64,000 bases of DNA. Source: Hemiscyllium ocellatum. Taxonomy: Eukaryota. The stretch covers positions 15,748,001 through 15,812,000 of the forward strand of contig NC_083417.1 in the NCBI RefSeq assembly GCF_020745735.1. The letters run 5' to 3'. The notes beneath the pieces are model-generated. The model searched no databases. It was given only the letters and a program-made list of their open reading frames with translations, and had not been told where the DNA came from. Numbering within the stretch: position 1 is the first letter of the stretch; each line of letters opens with the position of its first letter. This document shows positions 22,923 through 35,034 of this stretch, piece after piece. The position numbers and the translations under genes were made by a program.

Positions 22923-23329
22923 TTAAAAGGCTGATCTTCCGGACCTCCCATATCAGTCATACAACTGTAATGAAAATAAGTCTAACCACAACAGAAACCA
23001 TCAGAGCAGAAATCAAGTGGCCAGTTCTCCAACAGCTTAAAATATGCAAACCAACCATAAATTTACATTTGAATGCATCAATGTTGTTAATTATTTTTCC
23101 CTTTGCCAAATAGCCCTCTCTCACTGTTGGCACATGAGTTGTTGAGTGAGTTTATCACATGGGGATTCAGACTTTGAGGCAAACCAATTTCACAGGAACA
23201 AAATGAAGATTAGGGCCCTTAATGTGAAGTGATAATGAAGCTTGTCAATAATTCAGAATTCAGGTCAGACAAATGTAACGGAATCTAATCAAGTGGGTAA
23301 GGGACTACCATGGTGAATTGGAGTGCACA

Positions 23330-23793
23330 TGCTATCTGCTATGGAAGGTGCTAGCTATAAAGAGAGGTTGAATAGGTTAGGATTGTTTTCATTTGAAAAA
23401 AAGAGATTGAGGGAGGATCTGATTGAGGTCTACAAAATCATGAAGGGTATAGACAGGGTGGATAGAGATAAGCTTTTTTTTCCCAGGGTGAGGGATTCAA
23501 TAACGAAGGGTTTCATGTTCAAGGTGAGAGGAGAAAAGTTTAAGGGGGATACATGCGGAAAATACTTTACACAGAGGGTGGTAGGTACCTGGAACATCTT
23601 GCCAACAGAGGTAGTAGAGACAGGCACATTAAATTCATTTAAGGTGCATCCAGATAGGTGCATGAGTAGATGGGGAGCAGATGCATATAAATGCTTAGGA
23701 ATTGGGCAATAGGTTTAGACAGTGGATTTGGATTGGCACAGGCTTGGAGGGCTGAAAGTCCTGTTCCTGTGCCGTAAATTTTCTTTGTTCTTT
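23330..23793 (+). mobile_element. CR1 3' end
   Basis: ORF 23323-23712 (SYKERLNRLGLFS...YFTQRVVGTWN); tail ttttctttgttctttg. Confidence 0.9.
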
Positions 23794-24574
23794 GATCTTT
23801 GCTATATTGGGCACTTAGACACCTATTTCACGCCTATAAAATGGACATTGCCTTATCAAATTTCTACACCAACATTTCCAACCACTGCAGAGCAACAGTC
23901 AAAAGGAGTCACGATCAAACAGTGCAGTGTTCTGGCCAATGAGTCACAAAGGAATTGGTCCAATGTTGTAGAAGTTCTGCAGAGGAGACCAGGGAGAGAA
24001 AGTCAGGAACATGCTGGAGGTGCTAAACTTTGAAGTGAACACATCGTAACAAGAAAATAACCTTTTAACCATACGAATGATTGGACGTATGTTTGCATGT
24101 TCAAATCCATGAGGAAACATCGATGACCCTGCTTCTTTGGAGCCTTAACATTAGCTGTCTCCTCAAACAGAATAAAACAAGTATATGTGTAAAATTACCT
24201 GGAAGTTAACTGCATGATTTGGACATATGTGCCAAGTTTTAAGAGCAGTTTTAAAAGACATGCTAGAGCTTTCTACACACACATGGTCAAGAGACAGAAT
24301 CAGAGGTTGGAACTGTAAGTTGATTTAAACAGGAGACCAGCTGGGATTTTAGAGGGATGAACTAAAATTGACTAAATAGTTTCCCTCTTCCATGGGTTCA
24401 GTTTCCATTTCATCACAAACACCAGGAGTGACACTCCAATACAGTCCTGAGGGAGTGCTGTACCATCAGAAGCAACATCTTTCAGATTAAATGAGTATCC
24501 CCCTATGACTGTTTGAGTGGATGGAAAAGATCCCCTGGCACTATTTTATTGTTTGTCAGAAAAACAGGGAGACA

Positions 24575-27230
24575 ATCACCTTATGGTCTTATAGCTACAC
24601 TATTAATCCAGAGGCCAAGGTAATGGTGTAGAGATTAGGGTTGAATCCTGCCACGGCAGATGGTAGAATTTGAATTCAATAAAAAACTGGAATTAAGAGT
24701 GTATTGAAGACCATGAATCCATCATCAATTGTCAGGGAAAACCCACCCTCGTGTTCTTTAGGGAAGGAAATCTGCCACCCTAACCCAGTCTGTCCAACAT
24801 ATGACCTCATTGCACAGCAATGTTGTTGCCTCCTAACCTCCAAAGGTCAAGCAAACCAACCAAACTGCTACAAAGGATTGAAACCAGCTGGGTCACCAGG
24901 CATTGACCCTGGAAAGGATAACAGCAAACACAACCCTGTTAACCTTGCAAAGTCCTTCTTCATAACAGCTGAGGGCTTGTAATGAAATGGGACAGTTCTC
25001 CCACAGACCAGTCAAGCAACAGCCTGACAGAGTCATAATCACCAAATCATACCTTACAGACAATGTACTAGATACCACCATCACCATCCCTGGATGTGTC
25101 CTGTCCCACCAGCAGAGGAACAAAGCAGAGGTGGTGGCACTGTGGTATAAAGTCAGGGGTAGGTCACCCTACAGGCCCTCAACATTAACTCCATATCCAA
25201 TTAAATCTCATGGCATCATGTCAAACATTGGCAAGGAAACCTGCTGATTATCATCAACCATCCCTAACTCCTTGGCTGACGAATCAGAACTCCTCCATGT
25301 TGATCAGGACTTGGAGGAAACATTGAGGGCAGTAAGGGAACAGAATGTACTCTGAATGGGGGACTTCAGTGTCTACCACCATGTGTTGCTTGGCTACACC
25401 ACTGACTGCCTGAGCCCTAGAGGACATAGCTGTTAAATAAGGTCTGCAGAAAGTGGTGAGAGCATTAACAAGAGAGAAAAACGTACACAACCTACAATTC
25501 CAACACAATCTACAACCTCATGGCCTGTCACTCTACAGTTACTATCAAACAGGAGATCAACCCTGGTTAAATGAAAATGCAGAGGTCATGCCAAGAGCAG
25601 CACTGAGCACAGCTAAATATGAGGTGTCAACACAGAACTATTTGCATGCCAAACAGCTGAAGCAGCATGTATTAGACCAGGCTAAGCAAACCTAAACCAA
25701 TCGATCAGATCTCAGCTCTGCAGTCCTGCCACATCAAGTCATGAATGGTGTTGGGGCATGTAAATAACTCACCAGAGGAGGAAGTTCCACAAATATCCAC
25801 ATCTTTGATCAGCCCAGTGCATCAATGCAAAAAAAGAAGGCAGAAGTATTCAAACCCATTTTCAACCTGAAATGCTGAGTGGAAGATCCATCTCAACCTC
25901 CAGAAGTCTCCAATAGTTCAGAATCCAGGCCTCAGCCAACCCGATTCATTCCATGTGACATCAAGAAATGGCTGGATACACTGGACATTGTGGACTCAAG
26001 GACTTGAATAATAATAAGGTATCGGAACTGTGGGTAATTTGATCAGTTTTTGTGAAGTCATGCTGAATGTTCAAGAAGCAGGAACTGGGCTCTGACAATG
26101 TATTGAAACCCTGATAGGATTAGGGTTAAGGTCAGTGTTAGGAAGGTAAAGGTTAGGTTGGCATGACAAAATCATTGAACAACGGAAACAGGAACTTGTC
26201 CTAGAAACATCTGGAGGTGATGGCAACAGAAGTATGTGGAAATGCTGAAGATAAATGGGCATCAGGGGTGGATCTTAGAAATAAAATTTAACCCCAGCCA
26301 AAACATTGAATGTTGGTGAGACCCAGGATCAACATTCATGGAAGTAGTCCTGGGTCAGGAACCCAGTGACAGAACAGGAATGCCGAAGCTCAGATTGATC
26401 ACCTCATAGTATTCTGCACAAATTGTACGTACTTGTATTGTCCATTTGCTTGAATAAACTGCAACTTCAGTGCCATTTGGAAAGGCACAATGGTACTGCA
26501 AAGGCTACAGGCCCCGATAACATTCCAGTGACAGCAGTGAAGACTTGGGCTCCAGAATTAGCTGCAGCCCCATCCATGCTGTTCGAATACACCTACAGCG
26601 CTAGCATCTACCTGACAATGTGGAAAATTGTCCATTTTGTCCTTATGCACAAAAATCAGGACAAATCTAACATGGTCAATTATTGCCCCCTATTCAAGCT
26701 CAATTATTAGGAATGCAAAAGAAATGGTCATCAACAATTCCGTCAAGCAGCACTTGCAGAGGAATAACCAGCTTACTGATTGTCCATTTGGTTTCCACAA
26801 GGACCATTCAACTCTCAATCTCATTGCAGCCTTGATCCAAACAGGGACAATATAACTGAGCTCCAAAAGTGAGTTAAGAGTTAGAGTCTTTGACATAGGG
26901 TAGTATTTGAACTGTAGGAAAACTGAAATAAATGGAAATTGGAAGCAAGCTCTCCACTGTTGCAATTATACAAAGGGAATAGATTGTGGAGCTGGAGGTC
27001 AGTCATTGCAGTTGCAGGACATCACTTCACCACTGACACATAGTAGCAGCAGCATGTACCATCTACAAGATGCACTACAGTAACTCACCAAGGCTCGTCC
27101 ACCAGTACTTCCCAAACTCACAACCACTACCATCTAGAAGGATATCTGCAGGTTTTCCCAAAGCTACACACTATCCTGACACTGTTCCTTAACATCCACT
27201 GGCTACAAATCCTGGAGCTTCCTAACTTTG
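24575..27230 (+). mobile_element. Internally deleted non-LTR retrotransposon beginning with a tRNA-derived SINE-like head (clade not determined)
   Basis: Head 24575-24840 matches the SINE at 12303; APE-like SHRPVKQQPDRVIITKSYLTDNVLDTTITIPG and GDF..HH; RT N-terminal KATGPDNIP...APELA; foreign sequence at ~25990-26490. Confidence 0.75.
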
Positions 27231-27399
27231 GTCTAAATGCACAAGGTATTGAGCAAGCTTACGTGTCAACAGCATTAGTAAGAAATTATACCTTTTGTGA
27301 TAGATTCCCCCATTTCAAATGACAGAGAAACACAGAAGCTGTGATAAATCAGATGGTTTATTCTTATGTAGATTTCTAATCCTAAGTCAAAATAACAGA

Positions 27400-27975
27400 T
27401 CAGAGACTGGACATTATTCACCTCCCAACTCCTCAAACCCTGCCCACCATCTACAAGGCACAAGTCAGGAGTGTGTTAGAAGACACCCTACTTGCTTGAA
27501 TGGGTACAGCTCCAACAACACTCAAGAAGCTTGACACCATCCAGGACAAAGCAGCCCACTTGACTGGCATCCTATCCACATCTTCAGTATTCACTCATCC
27601 ACCATTAAGGTACTTTTTCAGCAGTACGTACCATCATCTAGAAACACCACAACAATCCATCAATGCTCCTTTAACAGCATCCCCTGAACCTCGACCACCC
27701 AAAAAGACAAGAGCAGCAGATGCATGGGAACACTACCACCTATGAGTTCTCCTCCAAGTCGCAAACCATCCTGACATGGAATTGTATCACCATTTCTTTG
27801 TTATCACTGCATAAAAATCATGGAATTCCCTCCTTGGAACTATTGTGGATGTATCTAAACGATGTTGACTGCAGTGGTTCAAGAAGGCAACTCATCACTA
27901 TCTTCTCCAGGACAGCTAGAGATGGGAGAACAATGCTGGCCCAGCCAGTGATACCCACATCGCATGAATGAATAA
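27400..27975 (+). mobile_element. LINE 3' end (same family as 24575-27230)
   Basis: IYKAQVRSV...APTTLKKLDTIQDKAAHL; tail atgctggcccagccagtgatacccacatcgcatgaatgaataa. Confidence 0.85.
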
Positions 27976-27989
27976 CAACAGGGCCCCAT

Positions 27990-28280
27990 TCATTTATCAT
28001 TCCTGGACTTAGCTATATTTACCTCCTGGTCTCATCCTTGTTTGCAAATCCTTCCATTATGGCTGCTGCTCATTTCTGTAACTGCCTCCTTACCTCTCAA
28101 TCTTCAAAATCTTTGCATTTTAATCTGGTCTCCTCCACATGCCTAATGTCTCCATTCCACCACTGGCAGCTGTGCCTTCAACTGTCATGGGCTTAAAATA
28201 TGTCATTGCCTCCCTCAACCTCTCTGATTCTTCATCACACTTTCTTTTAAGATATTTCTTGAAGTGACCTATTTGTTAAT
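27990..28280 (+). mobile_element. L2-like LINE 3' remnant
   Basis: ccaccactggcagctgtgccttcaactg...cctccctcaacctct...tttaagatatttcttgaa motifs. Confidence 0.5.
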
Positions 28281-28349
28281 CGTCCCAACATCTCCTTATA
28301 TATTCGCAATTTGTTTGATACACATCAGCATAGATATGTACATTTATCA

Positions 28350-28675
28350 TCATAGAATCACTACAGTGTGGTCCTTCGGCCCAACAAATCCACACCAACC
28401 TCCAAAGAGTAACCCAACCAAACCCATCCTGCTTCCCTATATTTACCCCTGACTAATGTAGCTAACCTGCACATCCCTGAACACTATGGGCAATTTAGCA
28501 TGGCCAATTCACCTGACCTGCACATCTTTGGATTGTGGGAGGAAACCAGAGCACCTGGAGGAAATCCACGCAGACACGGGGAGAATGTGCAAACTCCACA
28601 CAGTCGCCAGGAATCAAACCCAGGTTCCTGGCGCTGTGAGACAGCTGTGCTAAGCACTGAGCCACTGTGCCACTC
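28350..28675 (-). mobile_element. HE1-type V-SINE
   Basis: Reverse of 15321-15605 type (gggcaatttagcatggccaattcacctgacctgcacatctttgg...gtgctaagcactgagccactgtgcc). Confidence 0.9.
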
Positions 28676-30218
28676 CATGTCAATTCGGATTGGAAGTACA
28701 TCATTCTGCTTTTCAAGCCTGTTCCACCATTCAATACAATCATGACTAGTTACTTCAAACTCATCTCATTCCTACCTCTGTAATCTTTCACCCTTTTGCT
28801 TATCAACAATCTAACCATTTCTGCATTAAAAATGGTTAAACATACCCCTGTGAAAGAAATGAACTCTTGGGGGATTTCAGTACATTAAAGGTTATGCGTA
28901 CATGCAAGCTAATTTGTTTTTAGGATGGGACCAGGAGTCAAGGATCTTACAAGTGTGGTCATGGGAAATAAATTATTTGTACTTGACTCGCTGTTGAGAT
29001 ATTATCTTATTCCAGTGTTTGCTTTGTTTATATAAACTGATATCAGTTTCATTTACTGTAAATTTATATTTGTGTTTTTTTAAAATTCTTTCAATGTATG
29101 TTAATATCATTGATAAGGTCATCATTTATTACCCTTTGAAAATTGCTCTTGAAATGAGTGATTTGCTCAGCCATTTCAGAGGGCAGTTAAGAGTCTAAAA
29201 TATTAATATAGATCTGGAGTCACATGTAGGCCAGACCAGATAAGGACAACTGATTCCTTTCCCAAAAGGATATTTGTGAAAGATGGGTTGTTATGACAAT
29301 CACCGATGGTAACATGGTCACCGTTAGAATAGCTTTTCCTAAAATTCGAGATTTTCATCGAATCCAAATTTCAAACCCCAACAACTTGTTGTTCAACAAT
29401 GGATAATGGTCGTCATGGTCACCATTCCTGAGATAAGCTTTCAATTCCAGATTTCATAATTGAATTCGAATTCTACCATTCCTACTCTACAATCTCCCCA
29501 ATGTATAAGTGTAAATCTGATCTGTAAGCCTACGAAATGTAACATAGAAAACACTTCATAAAAGAAGTAGAAGTTATTATCAGGAACACACTTGAAAAAT
29601 CAATAAACACTTGCAGAGAAAAGAATTACTGCAAGGCTATGGGGAAGGACAAAAGAGAGAGTGCATCCATATAGGCCTTTCACCACCTCAGGGTATTCTG
29701 AATAGCTTTACAACCACTTTTGACATGTCTCCACTTTGTATATTAGGTAATGTAGCAGCTAATTCATATGCAGCAAACCTTCACATACATCAATACTCCC
29801 TCATTGGTGCACTGGAGTGTCAACCTAGATTTCTGTGCTCAAACATGTCAAGTGGAACTTGAAGCTACAACCTTCAAGAACAGAGCCCTGCAGGGCGCCA
29901 CTCACCATTGACCTCCAGGCAGAATACTTTTCAAATACAACTACACTCTGCCTTCTCTCAGCCAACCAATTCTGAATCCAGACAGCCAAATCTCCTTGTA
30001 TCCCACACCTCCTGACTTTATGAATGAACCTACCATGGGGAACCTTATCAAATGCCTTGCTGAAGTCCATATTCACCACATCCACAGCCCAAACTTTGTC
30101 AACCTCTCTCGTCGCCTCCTCCAAGAACTCAATAAGGTTTGTGAGGCATGCCAACTGCCCCTCACAAAGGCATGCCAACTGCCTTTAATCACGCTATGTT
30201 TTTTCCAAAGTCATAAAT

Positions 30219-31000
30219 GTGAGGTGATGCATTTAGGCAAGTCTAATTCTCGAGCAAATTATACAATGAATGGAAGAGCCTTGGGAAAAGTTGATGGGCA
30301 GAGAGATCTGAGAGTGCAGGTCCATTGTACCCTGAAGGTTGCTGCACAGGTGGATAGAGTGGTCAAGAAGGCATATAGTATGCTTGCCTTCATTGGACGG
30401 GGTATTGAGTATAAAAGCTGGCAAGCATGTCAGAATTGTACAAGACATTCGTTTGGCCGCATTTAGAATACTGTGTACAGTTCTGGTCACCACATTACCA
30501 AAAGCTTTGGAGAGGGTGCAGAGAAGGTTTATGAGGATGTTGCCTGGTATGGAAGGTGCTAGCTATGAAGACAGGTTGAGTAGGTTATGTCTATTTTCAC
30601 TAGAAAAAAGGAGATTAAGGGGGGACCTGATTGAGGTTTACAAAATCATGGAGGGTATAGACAGAGTGGATAGAGACAAGCTTTTTCCCAGGGTGAAGGA
30701 TTCAATAATGAGAGGTCATGCTTTCAAGGTGAGAGGTGGAAAGTTTAAGGGGGATACACCTGACAAGTACTTCACACAGAGGGTGGTGGGCATTTGGAAC
30801 GCGTTGCCAGTAGAGGTGGTAGAGGCAGGCACAGTAGATTCATTTAAGATGCGTCTGGACAGATGCACGAGTAGGTGGGGAGCAGAGGGATATGAATGCT
30901 TAGGAATTGACCGACAGATTTAGACAGTACATGTGGATCGGCTCAGGCTGAGAGGGCCGAAGGGCCTGTTCCTGGGCTGTAAATTTTCTTTGTTCTTTCT
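30219..31000 (+). mobile_element. 5'-truncated CR1 3' end inserted antiparallel in the long CR1
   Basis: KCEVMHLG...LERVQRRF...YFTQRVVGIWNALP; tail ttctttgttcttt; ATAAAT on both sides. Confidence 0.88.
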
Positions 31001-32502
31001 TATAAATCCTATCCCTCAGAATTCTTTCCAAAATCTTGCTGACCATAGACATAAGACTGACTGGTCTGTAATTGCCAGGGAATTCCCTATTCCCCTTCTT
31101 GAAAAGAGGAACAACATTTGCCTCTTTCCAATCCTCCGGTATGACTGCCGTGGAGAGTGAGGAAGGAAAGATCTTCACCAGTGGCTTAGCAACCTCCTTT
31201 TTGCTTCCTGGATAACGTAGGATAAATCTGGTCTGGCCCTGGGACATTTACCAATCTTAATGTTTGCCAAAATGTCATGCACATCAACTTCCGCAATCTC
31301 AATCTAGCCAAGCCTGTTTCCACACTCCTCAAACTTCTCATTCAAAACAATGTCCCTTTCCTTAGTGAAAACTGAAGCAAAAACCTCATTTAGGACTTCC
31401 TCTATCTGCTCAGACTCCACGCACAAGTTCCCTAGCTATCCCTGACTGGCCCTACCTTCTCCCTGATCATTCTCATATTCCTCACTTATGAGTGAAATGC
31501 CTTTGGGTTTTCCCTAATCCTTCCTGCCAAGCCTTTTTCGTCTCCCCTCCTGGCTCTCCTCAGTCCATTTTTGAGCTCCTTCCTAGTAAGCCTATAATCC
31601 TCTAAAGCTGTACTATATCCTTGCTTCCTCCACCTTACGTAAGCTGCCTTCTTCCTTTTGACAAGAAGCTCCTCTATTCTCATCATCCAAGGCTCCTTAG
31701 TCTTATCCCTTCTTACCTGTCTCAGACGAACAACTTTATGCATCACTCGCAACAACTGCTCCTTAAACAGTCTCCACATGTCTGTTGTGTCCTTTCTGTG
31801 AAACAATTGCTCCCAATCTGGACTTCCCAACTCCTGTCTGATAGCGCCATAATTTCCTTTTCCCAGTTAAATATTTTCCCATGGTAACCTCTTCTTTCCC
31901 TCTCTATGTCTATGGTAAATGTGAGGCAGTTGTGGTCACTGCTACCAAAGTGTCCTCCCACCGTGAGATCTGACACTTGTCCTGACTCATTGCTAAGCAC
32001 TAAATCCAAAATGGCCTCTCCCCTCACCAATCTATCTACATACTGAGGAAGGAAACCCTCCTGAACACATCTGACAAAAATGGTTCTATACAAACCATGT
32101 GCTCTGAGGAGGTTGAAGTCACCCATAACAACCTGTTATGTCTGCACTTCTCCAAAATCTGCTGGCCTGTGAGATCTTCAATCTCTCTACTGCTACTGGG
32201 GGTCTGTAGAAAACCCCCATGAGGTGGCTGCTCCTTTACTTCCTAACTTTCACCTATACTGACTCAATAGACAAATCTTTCTCAACAACCTTCATTTCTG
32301 TAGCTGTGATGCACTCTCTAATTAGCAATGCTGCACCCCTCCTCTCTTATCCTCCTCCCTGTTCTTTTTAAATTTTCTAAATCCTGGAATATCTAGCAAC
32401 CATTCTTGCCCCTGTGAAACCCACAAGTCCTTTATGGCCACAACATCATAGTCCCAAGCACTGATCCATGTTCTAAGTTCATCACTCCATTCTGTCAGTG
32501 CC

Positions 32503-33437
32503 TCATCTACAACTACCTCCCCCCGCCCCCACCTTAGATGTGTAGCTCTGGTTCCACCCCTCTGCCAAACTAGTTGCCCAAATCACACGAGCAAATCTCC
32601 CACCCAGGACATTTGTACCCCTCCAGTTCAGGTGCAACCTGACCTTCATATACATGTCCCACCTTCCCCTGACGACATCCCAATGGTCTAGGTATCTGAA
32701 GCCCTCCCTCCTGCACCAGCTGCAAAGCCATGTGTTAAGCTGCACTCACTGACTGTTCCTCACCTCACTATCTTGTGGCACCAATAGCAAACCTGAGAAC
32801 ACTATTCTACTTGTCCTGCTTTTTAGCTTCTATCTTAGTTCTCTGTAGTCACCTTTCAGATCCTCAATCTCTTTCCTGGTAATGTCATTGGTGCCAACAT
32901 GTACCACAATTTCTGACTGCTCATCCTTCCCCTTCGGAATCTTGTAAACCCGATCGGCGACATCCCAGACCCTGGCACCTGGGAGGCAACGTACCTTCCA
33001 GGAGTCCTGTTCCTGACCACAAAATCCCCTGTCAATACATCTAACTATTGAGTCCCTTACCACTAGCATTTTTCTATTCTCCCCCTTCCTTTCTGAGCCA
33101 GAGACCTGACAACTATGGCTTTCCCCTGGTAGGCTGTCCCCACTAACAGTATCCAAAACGGTATACTTATTGCTGAGGGGAAAGGCCACATGTGATTCTT
33201 GCTCTGTCTATTGGCTCCCTTTCTTCCCCCTGACTGTAACCCAGCTGTCCTTATCCTGTGTCTGAGGAGTGACCACCTCCCTGTACATCCTCTCAGTTTC
33301 TCCCTCAGCCTCCCGGATGATCCGAAGTTCATCCAGCTCCAGCTCCAGTTCCCTAACTCGGTTTTCGAGAGCTGGAGTTGGGTGCACTTCCCGCACGTGA
33401 AGTGTCTCTTACTCGCCACATTCTGCAGGAGGAACAT
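32503..33437 (-). pseudogene. CR1 ORF1: C..C finger/leucine zipper plus SGNH-like esterase, frameshifted
   Basis: FTCGKCTQLQL..ENRVRELELELDELRIIREAE; VV(G)DSIVR..CLPGARV..VVHVGTNDI; LHLNWRGTNVLGGRF. Confidence 0.88.
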
Positions 33438-33637
33438 GCAACCGCCCTAACATCCATACCCTGCTACTTTGGAAGCCCACACGGGACTAAACAAGGAAGA
33501 GAAAAAAGGAGAGAAAACCTGAAAAATTTATTGAGTCTACAGACTCTTATTGAGGTTAGAGGAGGTGGACAGGAAGGAGGCCTACAGTGTAGGGTCTCGG
33601 GTTTAGATTGCACTCACTTAAAAAACAATCAATTACT

Positions 33638-33785
33638 TTCCCAGCAGGCACTGCTTCTTCCGCTCTCTGCTCCCGCTGCCCAAACACAAAAAGGCCACTG
33701 GCACACGAAGGTAGGTCCCTTTATCGAAACCCTTACCTTCCCAGCAGGCACTGCTTCTTCCGCTCTCTGCTCCCGCTGCCCAAAC
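33638..33785 (-). repeat. Two identical 48-bp units (period 100 bp) in the CR1 5' UTR
   Basis: ttcccagcaggcactgcttcttccgctctctgctcccgctgcccaaac at 33638-33685 and 33738-33785. Confidence 0.92.
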
Positions 33786-33787
33786 TT

Positions 33788-34050
33788 GAAAAGTGAGATG
33801 AAAGGAAAGGTGTTCACCCAGTGAGTGGTGAGCCTGTAGAATTCACTGCCACAGGATGTGGTTGAGGCCAAAGCATTAAATGCTTTCAAAAAGGAGTTAA
33901 ATATAGTTCTTAGGGCAAAAGGGATCAACAGGTATGGGAAGAAAACAGAAAGAGGGTGCTGAGTTAGACAATCATCCATGGTGATATTGAATGGCAGAGC
34001 AGGCTTGTAGGGCTGAATGGCCTGTTCTTAATTTTCTATGTCTCTACATT
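33788..34050 (+). mobile_element. CR1 3' end (older subfamily)
   Basis: ttcacccagtgagtggtgagcctgtagaattcactgccacagg...aatggcctgttcttaattttctatgtctct. Confidence 0.85.
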
Positions 34051-35034
34051 TTCTCTGGTTACTGAGCCTCCTGTCAGTGCAGCTAGTTTCTCCTTCATCA
34101 CTGCATCTAAACCTCTTTCATAATTTTTGACACTTTGAATACCAAAAATAAGGCAGTTCACAATTTGCAGTTTGTTCCAAGCTGGTAACTTGTTGAACGG
34201 TTTATCTGTCTCGACCTCAGATTTGCTTTAATTTCTTGGAAAATACTCACATTGTGCAATCCTCTAGAATCTAACATGACTTACTGTTGTTTTTTTTTGT
34301 TGGAAAGGGCCACATGGGAAAGAAAGATTGAGCTGTGTGCCCAGAACAGATGAAGTACTGTGTCATTGAATCTCAGCAGCAAATGATATTGAGATTTATT
34401 TCCCTCCACATTGCATGAGATATCACAGCTCATGTTTATTGTCTAATAGTATTACATTGATCATTATTCTGTGTTTTCCCCAGTTTGCATGAGATCGATG
34501 ATTTGACTGAGCATGTTAAAGGGATGCCCAGTTACTCTATTATGTTTATTTAAATGCAGCTTTATTACATCTATACTTATCATACTGAATTAAAATGAGA
34601 GAAAATCAATTTAATTGAGTTGAAATGAGGTCTCATTGTGTAAGCTTTCTCTGAGACCTCGATCTGTGTGCAATTAGTAACTATATCTCCATTAACCTAC
34701 ATCCGTAATCACACCTCTCTCCACTCAGCTGAAAACTATTGCTGTAGTATATTTAATGCAACATATAGTGAAGGGCAAAATAATTATTCCTCACCAGCAC
34801 CCTCTCTTAAATGAATTATGCAAAGTCTAAAGTTATTTAAAGGGACTCCAGGAGACCTTAACAGTTCATATCTATGAAAATATGAACATCTAATTAACAT
34901 CATCACGGCAGATGCTGAAAAGAAATGTTGCTTGCAGAGCCAGCCTTCAGAACTGAACCATTGAATAAAAATACTCAAGGGAATGCTCCTGAAAAACCTA
35001 CGTGCAGACTCAAACCTGTTTACTAAGAGTTCCT

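Larger units (their letters stand above)
29878..33785 (-). mobile_element. Long CR1 LINE retaining 5' UTR, ORF1 and 5' half of ORF2; 3' part missing; interrupted at 30219-31000
   Basis: ORF1 zinc finger/coiled coil and esterase; APE (GDFN...SDHN); RT (EDWKEANVVPLFKKG, NYRPVSL, DFSKAFDKVPH, QGSVL). Confidence 0.92.
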
